A DNA stretch of 62,799 nucleotides, counting the filler, from Candidatus Fermentibacterota bacterium (GTDB taxonomy: Bacteria; JAFGKV01): NCBI GenBank assembly GCA_016928395.1. It is 5 parts of 5 records of this genome, joined end to end, with 100 filler letters (N's around TTAATTAATTAA, not from the genome) between each part and the next. Parts side by side here need not be neighbours in the genome. Positions count along the whole stretch, not along the records: positions 41,285 to 52,319 come from JAFGKV010000164.1; 4 more parts are not named here. One strand, given 5' to 3'. Below the pieces are notes generated by a model. It was not told the origin of the DNA. It worked only from the letters and a program-made list of their open reading frames with translations, and searched no databases. The stretch's first letter is position 1. The number at the start of each line of letters is the position of its first letter. The position numbers and the translations under genes are program-made. This document shows, piece after piece, positions 41,285 to 49,230 of the stretch.

Positions 41285-43105
41285 ACCGCCGGTGCGGCCA
41301 ATGTCGTCGTTCGCGCGATCTCATCATCCCCGTCGGTGGTGGTGCTGGATTCCGTCGCGACCGTGGGCTCCCTCGCCACTGGTCAGACGATGGCTGTGCA
41401 GGGCGCTCTGGTGGTTGTCGTGGCTCCGGATGCGTATCACGGCCAGCAAGTTTTCATCACCCTCTCCATGAGTGCCGATGGCGGCTACGGTGCCTCAGCC
41501 GAGATTCCGCTGACCCTCTCTGCCTCCATGCCCCATTGGCCGCGTTCGTTTGACGCTATGGTGAGCGCTCCCAAGGCGTTAGATTTGGATGGCGACGGAG
41601 ATCGTGAGCTGGTGTTCGGCGATGGCAATGGCCTGGTTCACGCCGTACACCATGATGGAACCCCGCTGGCTGGGTGGCCCGTGTCCGTCGGCGCCGGCGT
41701 GTCGGCGGTCGGCGCCCCGGTCCTGGGCGACATGGATGGTGATGGGCAGCCCGAGATCGTGGCAACCGCCGGCACCGGCGTCTATGCCTGGCGGCGCGAC
41801 GGCACGCCCATGCCGGGGTGGCCCTTCGCCATCGGCCTGTCGTCAAACTCCCTGTTGCGGCTCTCGACCATGATGGAGGATCTGAACAATGACGGCACGC
41901 AGGAGGTCGTGGTCACCGCCACCTTCGGCCAGATCTCTGTGCTGAGCCGCACAGGCGCCCAGCTTGCCTCCATTTCAGCCGGCGACAGCATCTACTGCGC
42001 CCCAGCCCTGGCCGATCTGGATGGCGACGGCGATCTCGAGATCGTGGTGGCCTGCGGCCCGCCTACGGGTACCACAGGGAGTGTCAAGGCGTGGCATCAC
42101 AACGGGTCGCCCATGCAGGGCGCATGGCCGGTTGCGACCGAGGGATTGCCCCAGGGAGGAATCACTGCCGCCGACCTGGACGGCGACGGCGCTGATGAGA
42201 TTATCGTGCCCGCCGGAACGCTTGGCGCATCCCCGAACGGGAATCTCTATGTGCTGAAGGGCGACGGTTCGAACTATGCGGGATGGCCCAAGTCGTTGGC
42301 GCCCATGATCGTGTGCCAGCCCTCCATCGCCGATCTGGACGGCGACGGCCAGCTCGACATCGTGATTCCGGTTCGCGATACGCCTTCAACGAGCCAGATT
42401 CACGCCCTACGCCGCACGGGTGCATCGTTGCCCGGATGGCCCGTGGCCGTGCTGGCCAAGGTCTCGTTCATATCACCGGCGCTGGCGGATCTGGATTCGG
42501 ATCGGAAGCTCGACGTAGTCGTCACCACCGAGACCGGAGCGGTGCATGCGTGGGACCGCATGGGGGCGCCGCTGGCGGGATTTCCTATCCAGGTGAGCCC
42601 CACGTTCTCTTTCACCGGCGTGCCGACCTTGGACGACCTGGATGTAGACGGGGATCTCGACCTTGTTGCCGCGAGCCTGGAGGGCACGGTGCACGCATGG
42701 GATCTACCTGGCGTATACACCCCAAGTATGATTGCGTGGGCAATGAGCCGCCACGATCACGGCAATACCAGCAACATCAGGCTGCGAGGCGCCGGTTCCG
42801 GGCCAGGCCAGACGCGGCCCTCGGCACTGACCCTGGCGTGGCCGGTTCCCAACCCCTCAACGGGAGAGACCGAGATCAAGTTTGCGTTGCCGGCTGCGGC
42901 AGAAGTGACCCTTCAGATCTGTGATGTATCAGGAAGACTGATCTATGTGTTGTCTTCGGAGGAGCGCCTTGAACCCGGAGCGCACCACATCCGCTGGCAC
43001 GGCCTGAATGACGCCGGCCTCCGCGTCCCCTCAGGCCTCTACCTTGTCACGCTCGAGGCTGGAGGCCTCATCCGCACCCGCCCTGTGGTGCTCTTTCGGT
43101 CGTAG
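41285..43105 (+). CDS. FG-GAP/VCBS repeat protein with C-terminal FlgD/T9SS-like sorting domain (5' truncated by gap)
   Basis: Repeated ADLDGDGxxEIV and GWP motifs; PNPS...DVSGRL...PSGLYLV tail. Confidence 0.88.
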   Translation, partial: TAGAANVVVRAISSSPSVVVLDSVATVGSLATGQTMAVQGALVVVVAPDAYHGQQVFITLSMSADGGYGASAEIPLTLSASMPHWPRSFDAMVSAPKALDLDGDGDRELVFGDGNGLVHAVHHDGTPLAGWPVSVGAGVSAVGAPVLGDMDGDGQPEIVATAGTGVYAWRRDGTPMPGWPFAIGLSSNSLLRLSTMMEDLNNDGTQEVVVTATFGQISVLSRTGAQLASISAGDSIYCAPALADLDGDGDLEIVVACGPPTGTTGSVKAWHHNGSPMQGAWPVATEGLPQGGITAADLDGDGADEIIVPAGTLGASPNGNLYVLKGDGSNYAGWPKSLAPMIVCQPSIADLDGDGQLDIVIPVRDTPSTSQIHALRRTGASLPGWPVAVLAKVSFISPALADLDSDRKLDVVVTTETGAVHAWDRMGAPLAGFPIQVSPTFSFTGVPTLDDLDVDGDLDLVAASLEGTVHAWDLPGVYTPSMIAWAMSRHDHGNTSNIRLRGAGSGPGQTRPSALTLAWPVPNPSTGETEIKFALPAAAEVTLQICDVSGRLIYVLSSEERLEPGAHHIRWHGLNDAGLRVPSGLYLVTLEAGGLIRTRPVVLFRS

Positions 43106-43162
43106 GGGAGGGCGTCTGCCCTCCCATCGTCTTGTCCGTAGGAAAGGCACCCGTGGCCTCCC
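43102..43162 (+). repeat. REP cluster 1 (GTAG-hairpin plus degenerate copy)
   Basis: GTAG-GGGAGGGC-gtct-GCCCTCCC. Confidence 0.85.
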
Positions 43163-43274
43163 GAGGCCATCTATCGTGGTTTCGGGCACGAGAAATCATG
43201 GGTCCGACAGGGAGGACCATGTCCTGAACCTCCGCCTTATGGAGCCTCAGGGGATGGAGCATCCGTAGCGCTAT

Positions 43275-43547
43275 CTAAACCTCGTCCGCCGAGTTGCCGA
43301 CGTAGCAGGCCGTGGTAGGGACCGGACCCTCGTAGCAACTTGGCACAAACTCACCCAGAGCGGCGGTGCCAGTGTAGCACCAGGTCCCGTCTCCGCCGCC
43401 GCTCTCGCAGGCCCCTAGGCCGGTGTAGCCATCCCCGAAACTGCAATCTCCTCCGGCTATCGCACCCGAGCCGGCAGCGCATCCTTGGGAATCGCCCTTG
43501 GCACTGCGGGCATTGAGGGGTCGAAGTTCAGGTCGTTGATAGATCAT
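43275..43547 (-). CDS. Cys/Gly-rich putative RiPP precursor (six CxxG motifs)
   Basis: Leader YQRPEL (YxxPxL), Cys at 23,35,47,57,71,81, each CxxG; RBS GGAGG. Confidence 0.7.
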   Translation of the reverse strand: MIYQRPELRPLNARSAKGDSQGCAAGSGAIAGGDCSFGDGYTGLGACESGGGDGTWCYTGTAALGEFVPSCYEGPVPTTACYVGNSADEV

Positions 43548-43600
43548 CTCGCTCCTCCAAGGTTGGAGAAAAGATGTAACTCCCCTATAGAACAGATATC

Positions 43601-43628
43601 AAAATAGCACATCTCCAAAAGCTGTCAA
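43601..43628 (-). promoter_or_regulatory. Putative sigma70 promoter for the peptide gene
   Basis: TTGACA-16 nt-TATTTT on minus strand with TG extension. Confidence 0.5.
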
Positions 43629-43685
43629 TAGCCTTTCGCAAAACGATCGGCCGCCCCCCGTGCAGTCGGGGCCAAAGCGATCACC

Positions 43686-44030
43686 GTAGGGGAGGGACCT
43701 GTGCCCTCCCGTTGTTCCCACCGTAGGGGAGGGACCCGTGCCCTCCCGTTGTTCCATCCGTAGGGGAGGGCGTCTCTGCCCTCTCGGTCTTCGGGCGACC
43801 AGGGGCGGTCGCCCCTACGAGGCAACGGTTCCGTGGTCGGCTCCGTAGGGGAGGGACCTGTGCCCTCGGTTCGCTCGGAGTTGTCAGTCATCAGTTGTCA
43901 GTGGGTTTTGCCCGTTTGGGAGGGCCTTGTCTTGGCATCCGCCGGTGCGGGAGCAACTGCCCTCCCGTTGTTCCATCCGTAGGGGAGGGCGTCTCTGCCC
44001 TCCCGTTGTTCGGGCGACCAGAGGCGGTCG
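43686..44030. repeat. REP cluster 2 (REPIN/BIME-like)
   Basis: GTAG hairpins at 43686, 43723, 43760, 43845, 43979; inverted REP-B at 43793-43818. Confidence 0.92.
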
Positions 44031-44098
44031 CGCGCCATGGCGGAATGGTTGACATCTCGACCTTCATGTCGTGACATCGGACACAGGAGAATGATGTC

Positions 44099-44566
44099 AT
44101 GGTTGAAAACGCCCACTGTCCCCGTCGGAAGCAAATTCGTCTGGATGCCCCGGCGTATGCAGTACCCGGCACGGTCTTCCATGTGACGGTCTGCTGTCGT
44201 GACCATGCTCCGCTCCTCTCCGATGTCGATACCGCAAGGGTCATCCGGGAGACTCTCATGAGTGGCGACTTCGCCGGCCGATGGGATCTCTATGCGTTCG
44301 CAATCATGCCCGATCATGTCCATCTTCTCATCGGTGTGTCCGAGTGGAATCTTGTTCGGGCAATCGCTGCCTGGAAGTCCCAGACAACTCGGCGTCTGTG
44401 GGCCCGGGGTCATTCTGGCTCCGTATGGCAACGGTCATTCCATGATCACGGGCTTCGTCAACAGGAATCGGCGAAGGATGTGGCGGAGTACATCGTCGCA
44501 AACCCAGAGCGGGCTGGTCTACCCGAACGCACCCAATTCGTATGGCATCGTTGGATGGCTCCGTAG
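44099..44566 (+). mobile_element. REP-associated tyrosine transposase (RAYT/TnpA-REP, Y1 HUH family)
   Basis: RRxxxRL..FHVT, MPDHVHLL (HUH), WQRSFHDH, YIVANPERAGL; flanked by GTAG REPs on both sides. Confidence 0.9.
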
Positions 44567-44774
44567 GGGAGGGCGTCTCTGCCCTCCCGTTGTTGTTTGT
44601 TTGTAGGGGAGGGACCTGTGCCCTCCCGTTGTTGTTCGTTCGTAGGGGAGGGACCCGTGCCCTCCCGTTGTTCCATCCGTAGGGGAGGGCGTCTCTGCCC
44701 TCCCGTTTCGGGCGACCAGAGGCGGTCGCCCCTACGAGGCTGGGTTGACATCGGTTCCGGACCCGTGCCCTCCC
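44563..44774. repeat. REP cluster 3
   Basis: GTAG hairpins at 44563, 44603, 44642, 44679; inverted REP-B 44710-44735. Confidence 0.92.
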
Positions 44775-44887
44775 GCGCCACCCCTAAGTCTTGACAGCCT
44801 ACCGCCTGGCAGCTCATATGCATCTCAAGTCCTTCGCGCGGTCTGCCGTGGTTGTTCGATGTGATTCCACTGTCCTGAGGAGGCTCG

Positions 44888-45874
44888 ATGCTGGGAACCC
44901 TAATTAGGCGCCTCCGACTGGAGCGGGGCATCTCCTTGGGGGCTTTGGCCGACGACGCCGGCGTCGCCCCAGAGATGCTCGAAGCTCTTGAAGCCGAACG
45001 TGTCGAGCTGATTGACGACTCAGAGGAGTTCCTGAGGATCATAGATCGGCTCGAAGTGCGCCAGGCGTTCACATTCGGGCAACTCCTCGATGCCAACCAG
45101 CCTCGGCGCTTTCGGGCCTACAATGTCGGGTTGATGAAGAGCGGCACATCCTCCATCGCGGGCATCTTTGGAGACTATCGTACCAGGCACGAGTTCATGC
45201 TGCTCAAGACCAGCAACGAATACGGCCGCTATTGCCACGGCACAATCTCCCGAGATGAGTTCCGCGAGTTCCTTCGACACCGGGATGTCTCCGGCGCCCT
45301 TGAAATGGATTCGACGAGTTGGTCTTTCGAGTATGTCGATTTCCTGGTCGATGAGTACCCGGATGCGCTGTTCATCTTCACCTTCAGAGACTGCTACTCG
45401 TGGCTCAACTCGGTCATCGACTTCATACTGTGGTCAGAAAGGATTGAGTTCACGGGAAGACTGCGCGGCCGGCTCGGAATTCCCTTCGACCTCGCGCGTG
45501 GCGACGCAGCATCACGGGACAAGCTCGTGCCTACGATGGCTTCACTGGCCGAGGGCTTCCTGAGATTGTGGCGCGAGGCCAACGAGAAGGTGCTCCAGGC
45601 AGTACCGCCCGAGCGGCTGTTGATAGTGCGGACCCATGAGATATCGAAGAGTCTTGGAAGGATGGCGGAGTTCATCGGCGTTCCAGCGGATACGCTGATC
45701 CAGCGGCGATCCCACCTGTTCAAGACCCCGGTGAAGAGGCGAATCCTTCACACCATGGAGTTCGATCGCCTGAACGCCTTCTGCGATCAGCATTGCGGGC
45801 CGCTCATGCGCCGGCACTTCCCGGAGTTAAACCTCAAAGAGTATCTGGCCCAGACCTCGTCCGCGAAGCCCTGA
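44888..45874 (+). CDS. XRE-type HTH fused to sulfotransferase-family domain
   Basis: IRRLRLERGISLGALA HTH; GLMKSGTSS (5'-PSB loop), FTFRDCYSWLNS, VPPERLL; RBS GAGGAGG. Confidence 0.75.
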   Translation: MLGTLIRRLRLERGISLGALADDAGVAPEMLEALEAERVELIDDSEEFLRIIDRLEVRQAFTFGQLLDANQPRRFRAYNVGLMKSGTSSIAGIFGDYRTRHEFMLLKTSNEYGRYCHGTISRDEFREFLRHRDVSGALEMDSTSWSFEYVDFLVDEYPDALFIFTFRDCYSWLNSVIDFILWSERIEFTGRLRGRLGIPFDLARGDAASRDKLVPTMASLAEGFLRLWREANEKVLQAVPPERLLIVRTHEISKSLGRMAEFIGVPADTLIQRRSHLFKTPVKRRILHTMEFDRLNAFCDQHCGPLMRRHFPELNLKEYLAQTSSAKP

Positions 45875-45905
45875 CTCCCAGTCGAGCGACAGCTCCCGTG
45901 GTTTC

Positions 45906-45931
45906 GGGCGACCAGGGGCGGTCGCCCCTAC
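45906..45931 (-). repeat. REP cluster 4 (single REP-B)
   Basis: Reverse complement GTAG-GGGCGACC-gcccct-GGTCGCCC. Confidence 0.88.
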
Positions 45932-45990
45932 GAACGCGGGCTTCGCATCGCACCACCGAAAGCCTGTATCCTCCTCGAAGTTTCGGGATC

Positions 45991-46042
45991 TTGACACAGA
46001 CTCCATACACAATTAGTATGGATGCGTACTCAGTATGCATAC
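45991..46042 (+). promoter_or_regulatory. TA operon promoter with palindromic operators
   Basis: TTGACA-17-TAGTAT; inverted repeat CCATAC-N7-GTATGG over the -10; GTATGCATAC palindrome. Confidence 0.7.
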
Positions 46043-46054
46043 CGGAGGTGTTCA

Positions 46055-46276
46055 ATGAAGAGTGTGGTGGCGGAACGAGGGCAGGTGACGATTCCGAAGC
46101 CCATGCGCGAAAAGCTTGGGATCAAGCCGAAGTCGGTGCTCGATTTCACGGAAGAAGACGGGCGACTTATCGCCGTGCGGATTGACGAGCACGACGTGGT
46201 TGAGGCGGTGCGCGGGTGCCTGAAAACCGGCAAGACCACCGAGGAGATCATGACCGAGCTGCGAGGGCTCGAGTGA
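46055..46276 (+). CDS. AbrB/MazE/SpoVT antitoxin
   Basis: ERGQVTIPKPMREKLGIKP; RBS GGAGGTG. Confidence 0.9.
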   Translation: MKSVVAERGQVTIPKPMREKLGIKPKSVLDFTEEDGRLIAVRIDEHDVVEAVRGCLKTGKTTEEIMTELRGLE

Positions 46277-46704
46277 TCACGGCGGTCGACACGAATGTGC
46301 TCTTGGATGTCTTCCTCGACGATCCTTGCTTCGGCATGTCATCAGCGGCGCTGCTGCGAAGATGTATCGGCGAGGGAGTCGTTGCTGTGGGCGAGGTTGT
46401 GTGGGCGGAATGTGCGGCGGCCTTCCCGAATGATGAGGATTTCCGCACGGCCATGGCTGCCCTGGGCGTGAACTTCGTGGCCACATCCGCAGACGCGGCC
46501 CTTCGAGCGGGACGCGCGTGGCGGCAGTATCGGAGCCGAGGGGGATCGAGGCAGCGGATGGTTGCCGACTTCTTGATTGGGGCGCACGCGCTGGTGCAGA
46601 CCGACCGCCTGCTGAGCCGCGATCGAGGCTTCTATGCGACCTACTTCCATGACCTGACCGTGCTCGACCCATCGCACCAGGTTCGCCCAACACCGTCTTC
46701 GTAG
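46273..46704 (+). CDS. vapC: PIN domain toxin
   Basis: AVDTNVLLD, VADFLIGAHA, LLSRDRGF; GTGA overlap with antitoxin. Confidence 0.9.
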   Translation: MITAVDTNVLLDVFLDDPCFGMSSAALLRRCIGEGVVAVGEVVWAECAAAFPNDEDFRTAMAALGVNFVATSADAALRAGRAWRQYRSRGGSRQRMVADFLIGAHALVQTDRLLSRDRGFYATYFHDLTVLDPSHQVRPTPSS

Positions 46705-46797
46705 GGGAGGGACCCGTGCCCTCCCGTCGTTCCGTTCGTAGGGGAGGGCGTCTCTGCCCTCCCGTTGTTCGTGCGACCAGGGGCCGTCGCTCCTACG
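46701..46797. repeat. REP cluster 5
   Basis: GTAG hairpins at 46701 and 46738; degenerate inverted REP-B. Confidence 0.88.
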
Positions 46798-46820
46798 AGC
46801 GAAGCGAAGGATTCATCCAT

Positions 46821-47216
46821 TCACCAGATGACCGACAGGCCTTCGGCCTGACGAAGCTTTCGGTCGGCGGTCACCAGAGGTGCCCCGAGGACAGAGGCGG
46901 TGGCCATGATGAGGCGGTCGGCAGGATCGCGGGGAGCGGGTTCGGGCAGCATTACTGCCCGAAGGGCAATCCGGTTGTCCACCGGCACGAACCTGAGAAA
47001 CGGCACGCCCTCCGATCTGGCGATCCACGCCGCAATATCCATGGTGAGGACCAGGCGGCCGCGGGAGACAAGCATGGCCACCTCCCAGGCGCTGATGGAG
47101 GATACCCGTAGCCCGTCACGGGCGATCTCGGAATCTATGGCTTCTCTGGCCGCGGGCGAGAGTTTCTCCGGCGAGGCCGCCCACCACACCCAGGCGTGGG
47201 TGTCCAACACGATCAC
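46821..47216 (-). CDS. vapC: PIN domain toxin
   Basis: IVLDTHAWVW, SSISAWE, DPADRLIMATA, LVTAD. Confidence 0.9.
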   Translation of the reverse strand: MIVLDTHAWVWWAASPEKLSPAAREAIDSEIARDGLRVSSISAWEVAMLVSRGRLVLTMDIAAWIARSEGVPFLRFVPVDNRIALRAVMLPEPAPRDPADRLIMATASVLGAPLVTADRKLRQAEGLSVIW

Positions 47217-47449
47217 GACAGTGCCTCCCACTCCTCGGGAGGGATCGCCGGTTCGGTCGGCCTATCATAGCGGATGACCGAGCCACGCACGCCAGCAAGG
47301 GCTTTGTTTACATCAACGCGATAGGGCGCAACGACCGCAACCGGGTTGCCGCGATCAGTGATGATCACCTCGTTGCCCGTTCGCTCCACATCGCGGAGAT
47401 ACTCCAGCGCCCGGGCCTTGAACCGTGACTTTGACACTGTGACAGCCAT
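47213..47449 (-). CDS. Phd/YefM antitoxin
   Basis: SKSRFKARALEYLRDV...VIITDRGNPVA; GACCATGGTC palindrome upstream. Confidence 0.88.
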   Translation of the reverse strand: MAVTVSKSRFKARALEYLRDVERTGNEVIITDRGNPVAVVAPYRVDVNKALAGVRGSVIRYDRPTEPAIPPEEWEALS

Positions 47450-47502
47450 TGCCATCCTCCATTTCAAAGACCATGGTCATATTACTGTAGTCTTTAAAGA
47501 AA

Positions 47503-47771
47503 GGCAAGGCTCCGCCCCTACGATGGTGGGTTGACATCGGTTGTCCGTAGGGGAGGGCGTCTCTGCCCTCCCGTGGTTTCGGGCGACCAGGGCATTCGCC
47601 CCTACGGGGCTGGGTTGAGATCGGTTGTTCCGTCCGTAGGGGAGGGCGTCTCTGCCCTCCCGATCTTCGGGCGACCAGGGGCGGTCGCCCCTACGGGGGT
47701 GGGTTGCCCATCGGATGCCGTAGGGGAAGGACCTGTCCCACATCAGGCGGTGCGGGAGCAACTGGCCTCCC
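47503..47771. repeat. REP cluster 6 (tandem ~90-bp REPIN units)
   Basis: Repeated unit GGGTTGACATCGG...GTAG REP-A...inverted REP-B; GTAG at 47547, 47636, 47720. Confidence 0.9.
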
Positions 47772-47923
47772 GGGAGGATGCCGCTAACCAGGGGCGGCTC
47801 GACTGTCGGTTGCCGGCGTACTCGCCCGGCTCCTGATCCGGTGTCTGGAGGTTGACTCTCCTTTGCGCCGGCCGGGTAGGCGGTGTCCTTGGCATCACTC
47901 CGTCTTGCTCGTAGATTACTCCC

Positions 47924-48178
47924 ATGGGTACATATGAACGGCTGTATGAACACATTCTCGTGCGTCGCTCCGACGCGCACGTTCGTTTCGATGCGCTCTG
48001 CAACCTTCTCGTTCGCTTGGGTTTCGAGGAACGGATCAAGGGCGACCACCACATCTTCACGATGACCGGTGTCGAAGAGATCCTCAACCTCCAGCCAGTT
48101 GGCAGCCATGGCAAGGCGTACCAGGTCAAGCAGGTCAGGGACATCATCCTGAAGTACCGTCTGAGATTGGGAGAATGA
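47924..48178 (+). CDS. hicA: HicA family toxin
   Basis: LGFEERIKGDHHIF, LNLQP..KAYQVKQ. Confidence 0.85.
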   Translation: MGTYERLYEHILVRRSDAHVRFDALCNLLVRLGFEERIKGDHHIFTMTGVEEILNLQPVGSHGKAYQVKQVRDIILKYRLRLGE

Positions 48179-48393
48179 GCATGAAGTCCAAGTACGAGAT
48201 TCTCATCTACTGGAGCGATGAAGACTCGGCATTTGTGGCTGAGGTCCCAGAGCTGCCTGGATGCATGGCGGACGGAAAAACCTACCAGGAAGTTCTGTCG
48301 AATGTCGAGCAGATCATCGCGGAATGGATCGAGACTGCAGAAAGACTCGGTCGGCCGATCCCGCAGCCGAAGGGCCGCCTCGTCTACGCTTGA
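48175..48393 (+). CDS. hicB: HicB family antitoxin
   Basis: YWSDEDSAFVAEVPELPGCMADGKT...GRPIPQP. Confidence 0.9.
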   Translation: MSMKSKYEILIYWSDEDSAFVAEVPELPGCMADGKTYQEVLSNVEQIIAEWIETAERLGRPIPQPKGRLVYA

Positions 48394-48812
48394 GCCCCAT
48401 CCGCGCGTGGAACACCGCGGTGAGGTCGGGGGCGAGTCGAGGGGACGTTCGTTCTAAGAGGGTCAAGAGGGGCAAGGCCTGGCCAGGCATGGGCGGCCTC
48501 AGTGCACGCATCATGCACGACTGTCGACGGTTGCCCCCGCATCCGCCTGTGCGGGAAGCCACGCGCGAGGTCCGAAAGGCAGCGACATGCGCGGCTGCCG
48601 CCAGCTCCTACACTCGCGAAGTAGCGTGATAGGACTGCCTGGGAGGCGCGGGTGTCGCCCAGCATCCTGAGAATCTTGCACGTGGACTGAAACTGGACAC
48701 ATGGGGTCCTTGATCCGCACAGCTCCCCCACCGTGCGTCATCCCCATATGGGCCTTCGCGAGAAAGGATACCTCCACCGTCCGACCTGCCACATGTCCGG
48801 CCCTAACCCCTG

Positions 48813-48895
48813 AGCGTCCCTCGGGTATCTACATGATCCGCCTCAGAGCCGGCGGTTCAAGCCGTACGCGACCCGTTGTTGTTGTGAGGTCGTAG
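48813..48895 (+). pseudogene. Orphan 3' remnant of a FlgD/T9SS-like sorting domain gene
   Basis: PSGIYMIRLRAGGSSRTRPVVVVRS* vs PSGLYLVTLEAGGLIRTRPVVLFRS* at 43105. Confidence 0.6.
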
Positions 48896-48951
48896 GGGAG
48901 GGCGTCTCTGCCCTCCCGGTCTTCGGGCGACCAGGGGCGGTCGCCCCTACG
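48892..48951. repeat. REP cluster 7 (REP-A + inverted REP-B pair)
   Basis: GTAG at 48892; REP-B 48925-48950. Confidence 0.9.
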
Positions 48952-48963
48952 AGGTCGGGTTGA

Positions 48964-49151
48964 CTGAACTCCTGACATGGGTTCCGTTTTGCCTGCGGTT
49001 TTTCGGCCAGAAAACGCACGCCGAAGTTTATTTTGAACGTCCCTCGCGCGCGCGTGCGCGCGCCTGAGAAAACCGCAATGAGTAGTGCAGACCCGCAGGA
49101 TCACATCGCCTTGCAGGACAATAGGTTGCACGTGGTATGTCAGGAGTTCAG
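48964..49151. mobile_element. MITE-like non-autonomous element (188 bp)
   Basis: Perfect 15-bp TIR CTGAACTCCTGACAT/ATGTCAGGAGTTCAG; direct repeat GTTGA on both flanks. Confidence 0.8.
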
Positions 49152-49230
49152 GTTGACATCGTTGCCCGAATGGACTGAACCCTCCAACCCTGGCGTCTGA
49201 TCGTTGCCTGCGTCGCGCAGCGAGCCCCCG

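Noticed and set aside
43686-44774. CRISPR array
   Set aside because: Spacers are only ~10-15 nt and similar to each other, repeats occur in both orientations, there are no cas genes, and GTAG hairpins beside a RAYT identify them as REPs.
43625-45096. Minus-strand ORFs with EGTGPSPT/EGRDALPY repeats
   Set aside because: These are translations of REP DNA, not real proteins.
43102-48951. Classical integron with attC sites
   Set aside because: No tyrosine-recombinase integrase, and the repeats lack RYYYAAC...GTTRRRY ends.
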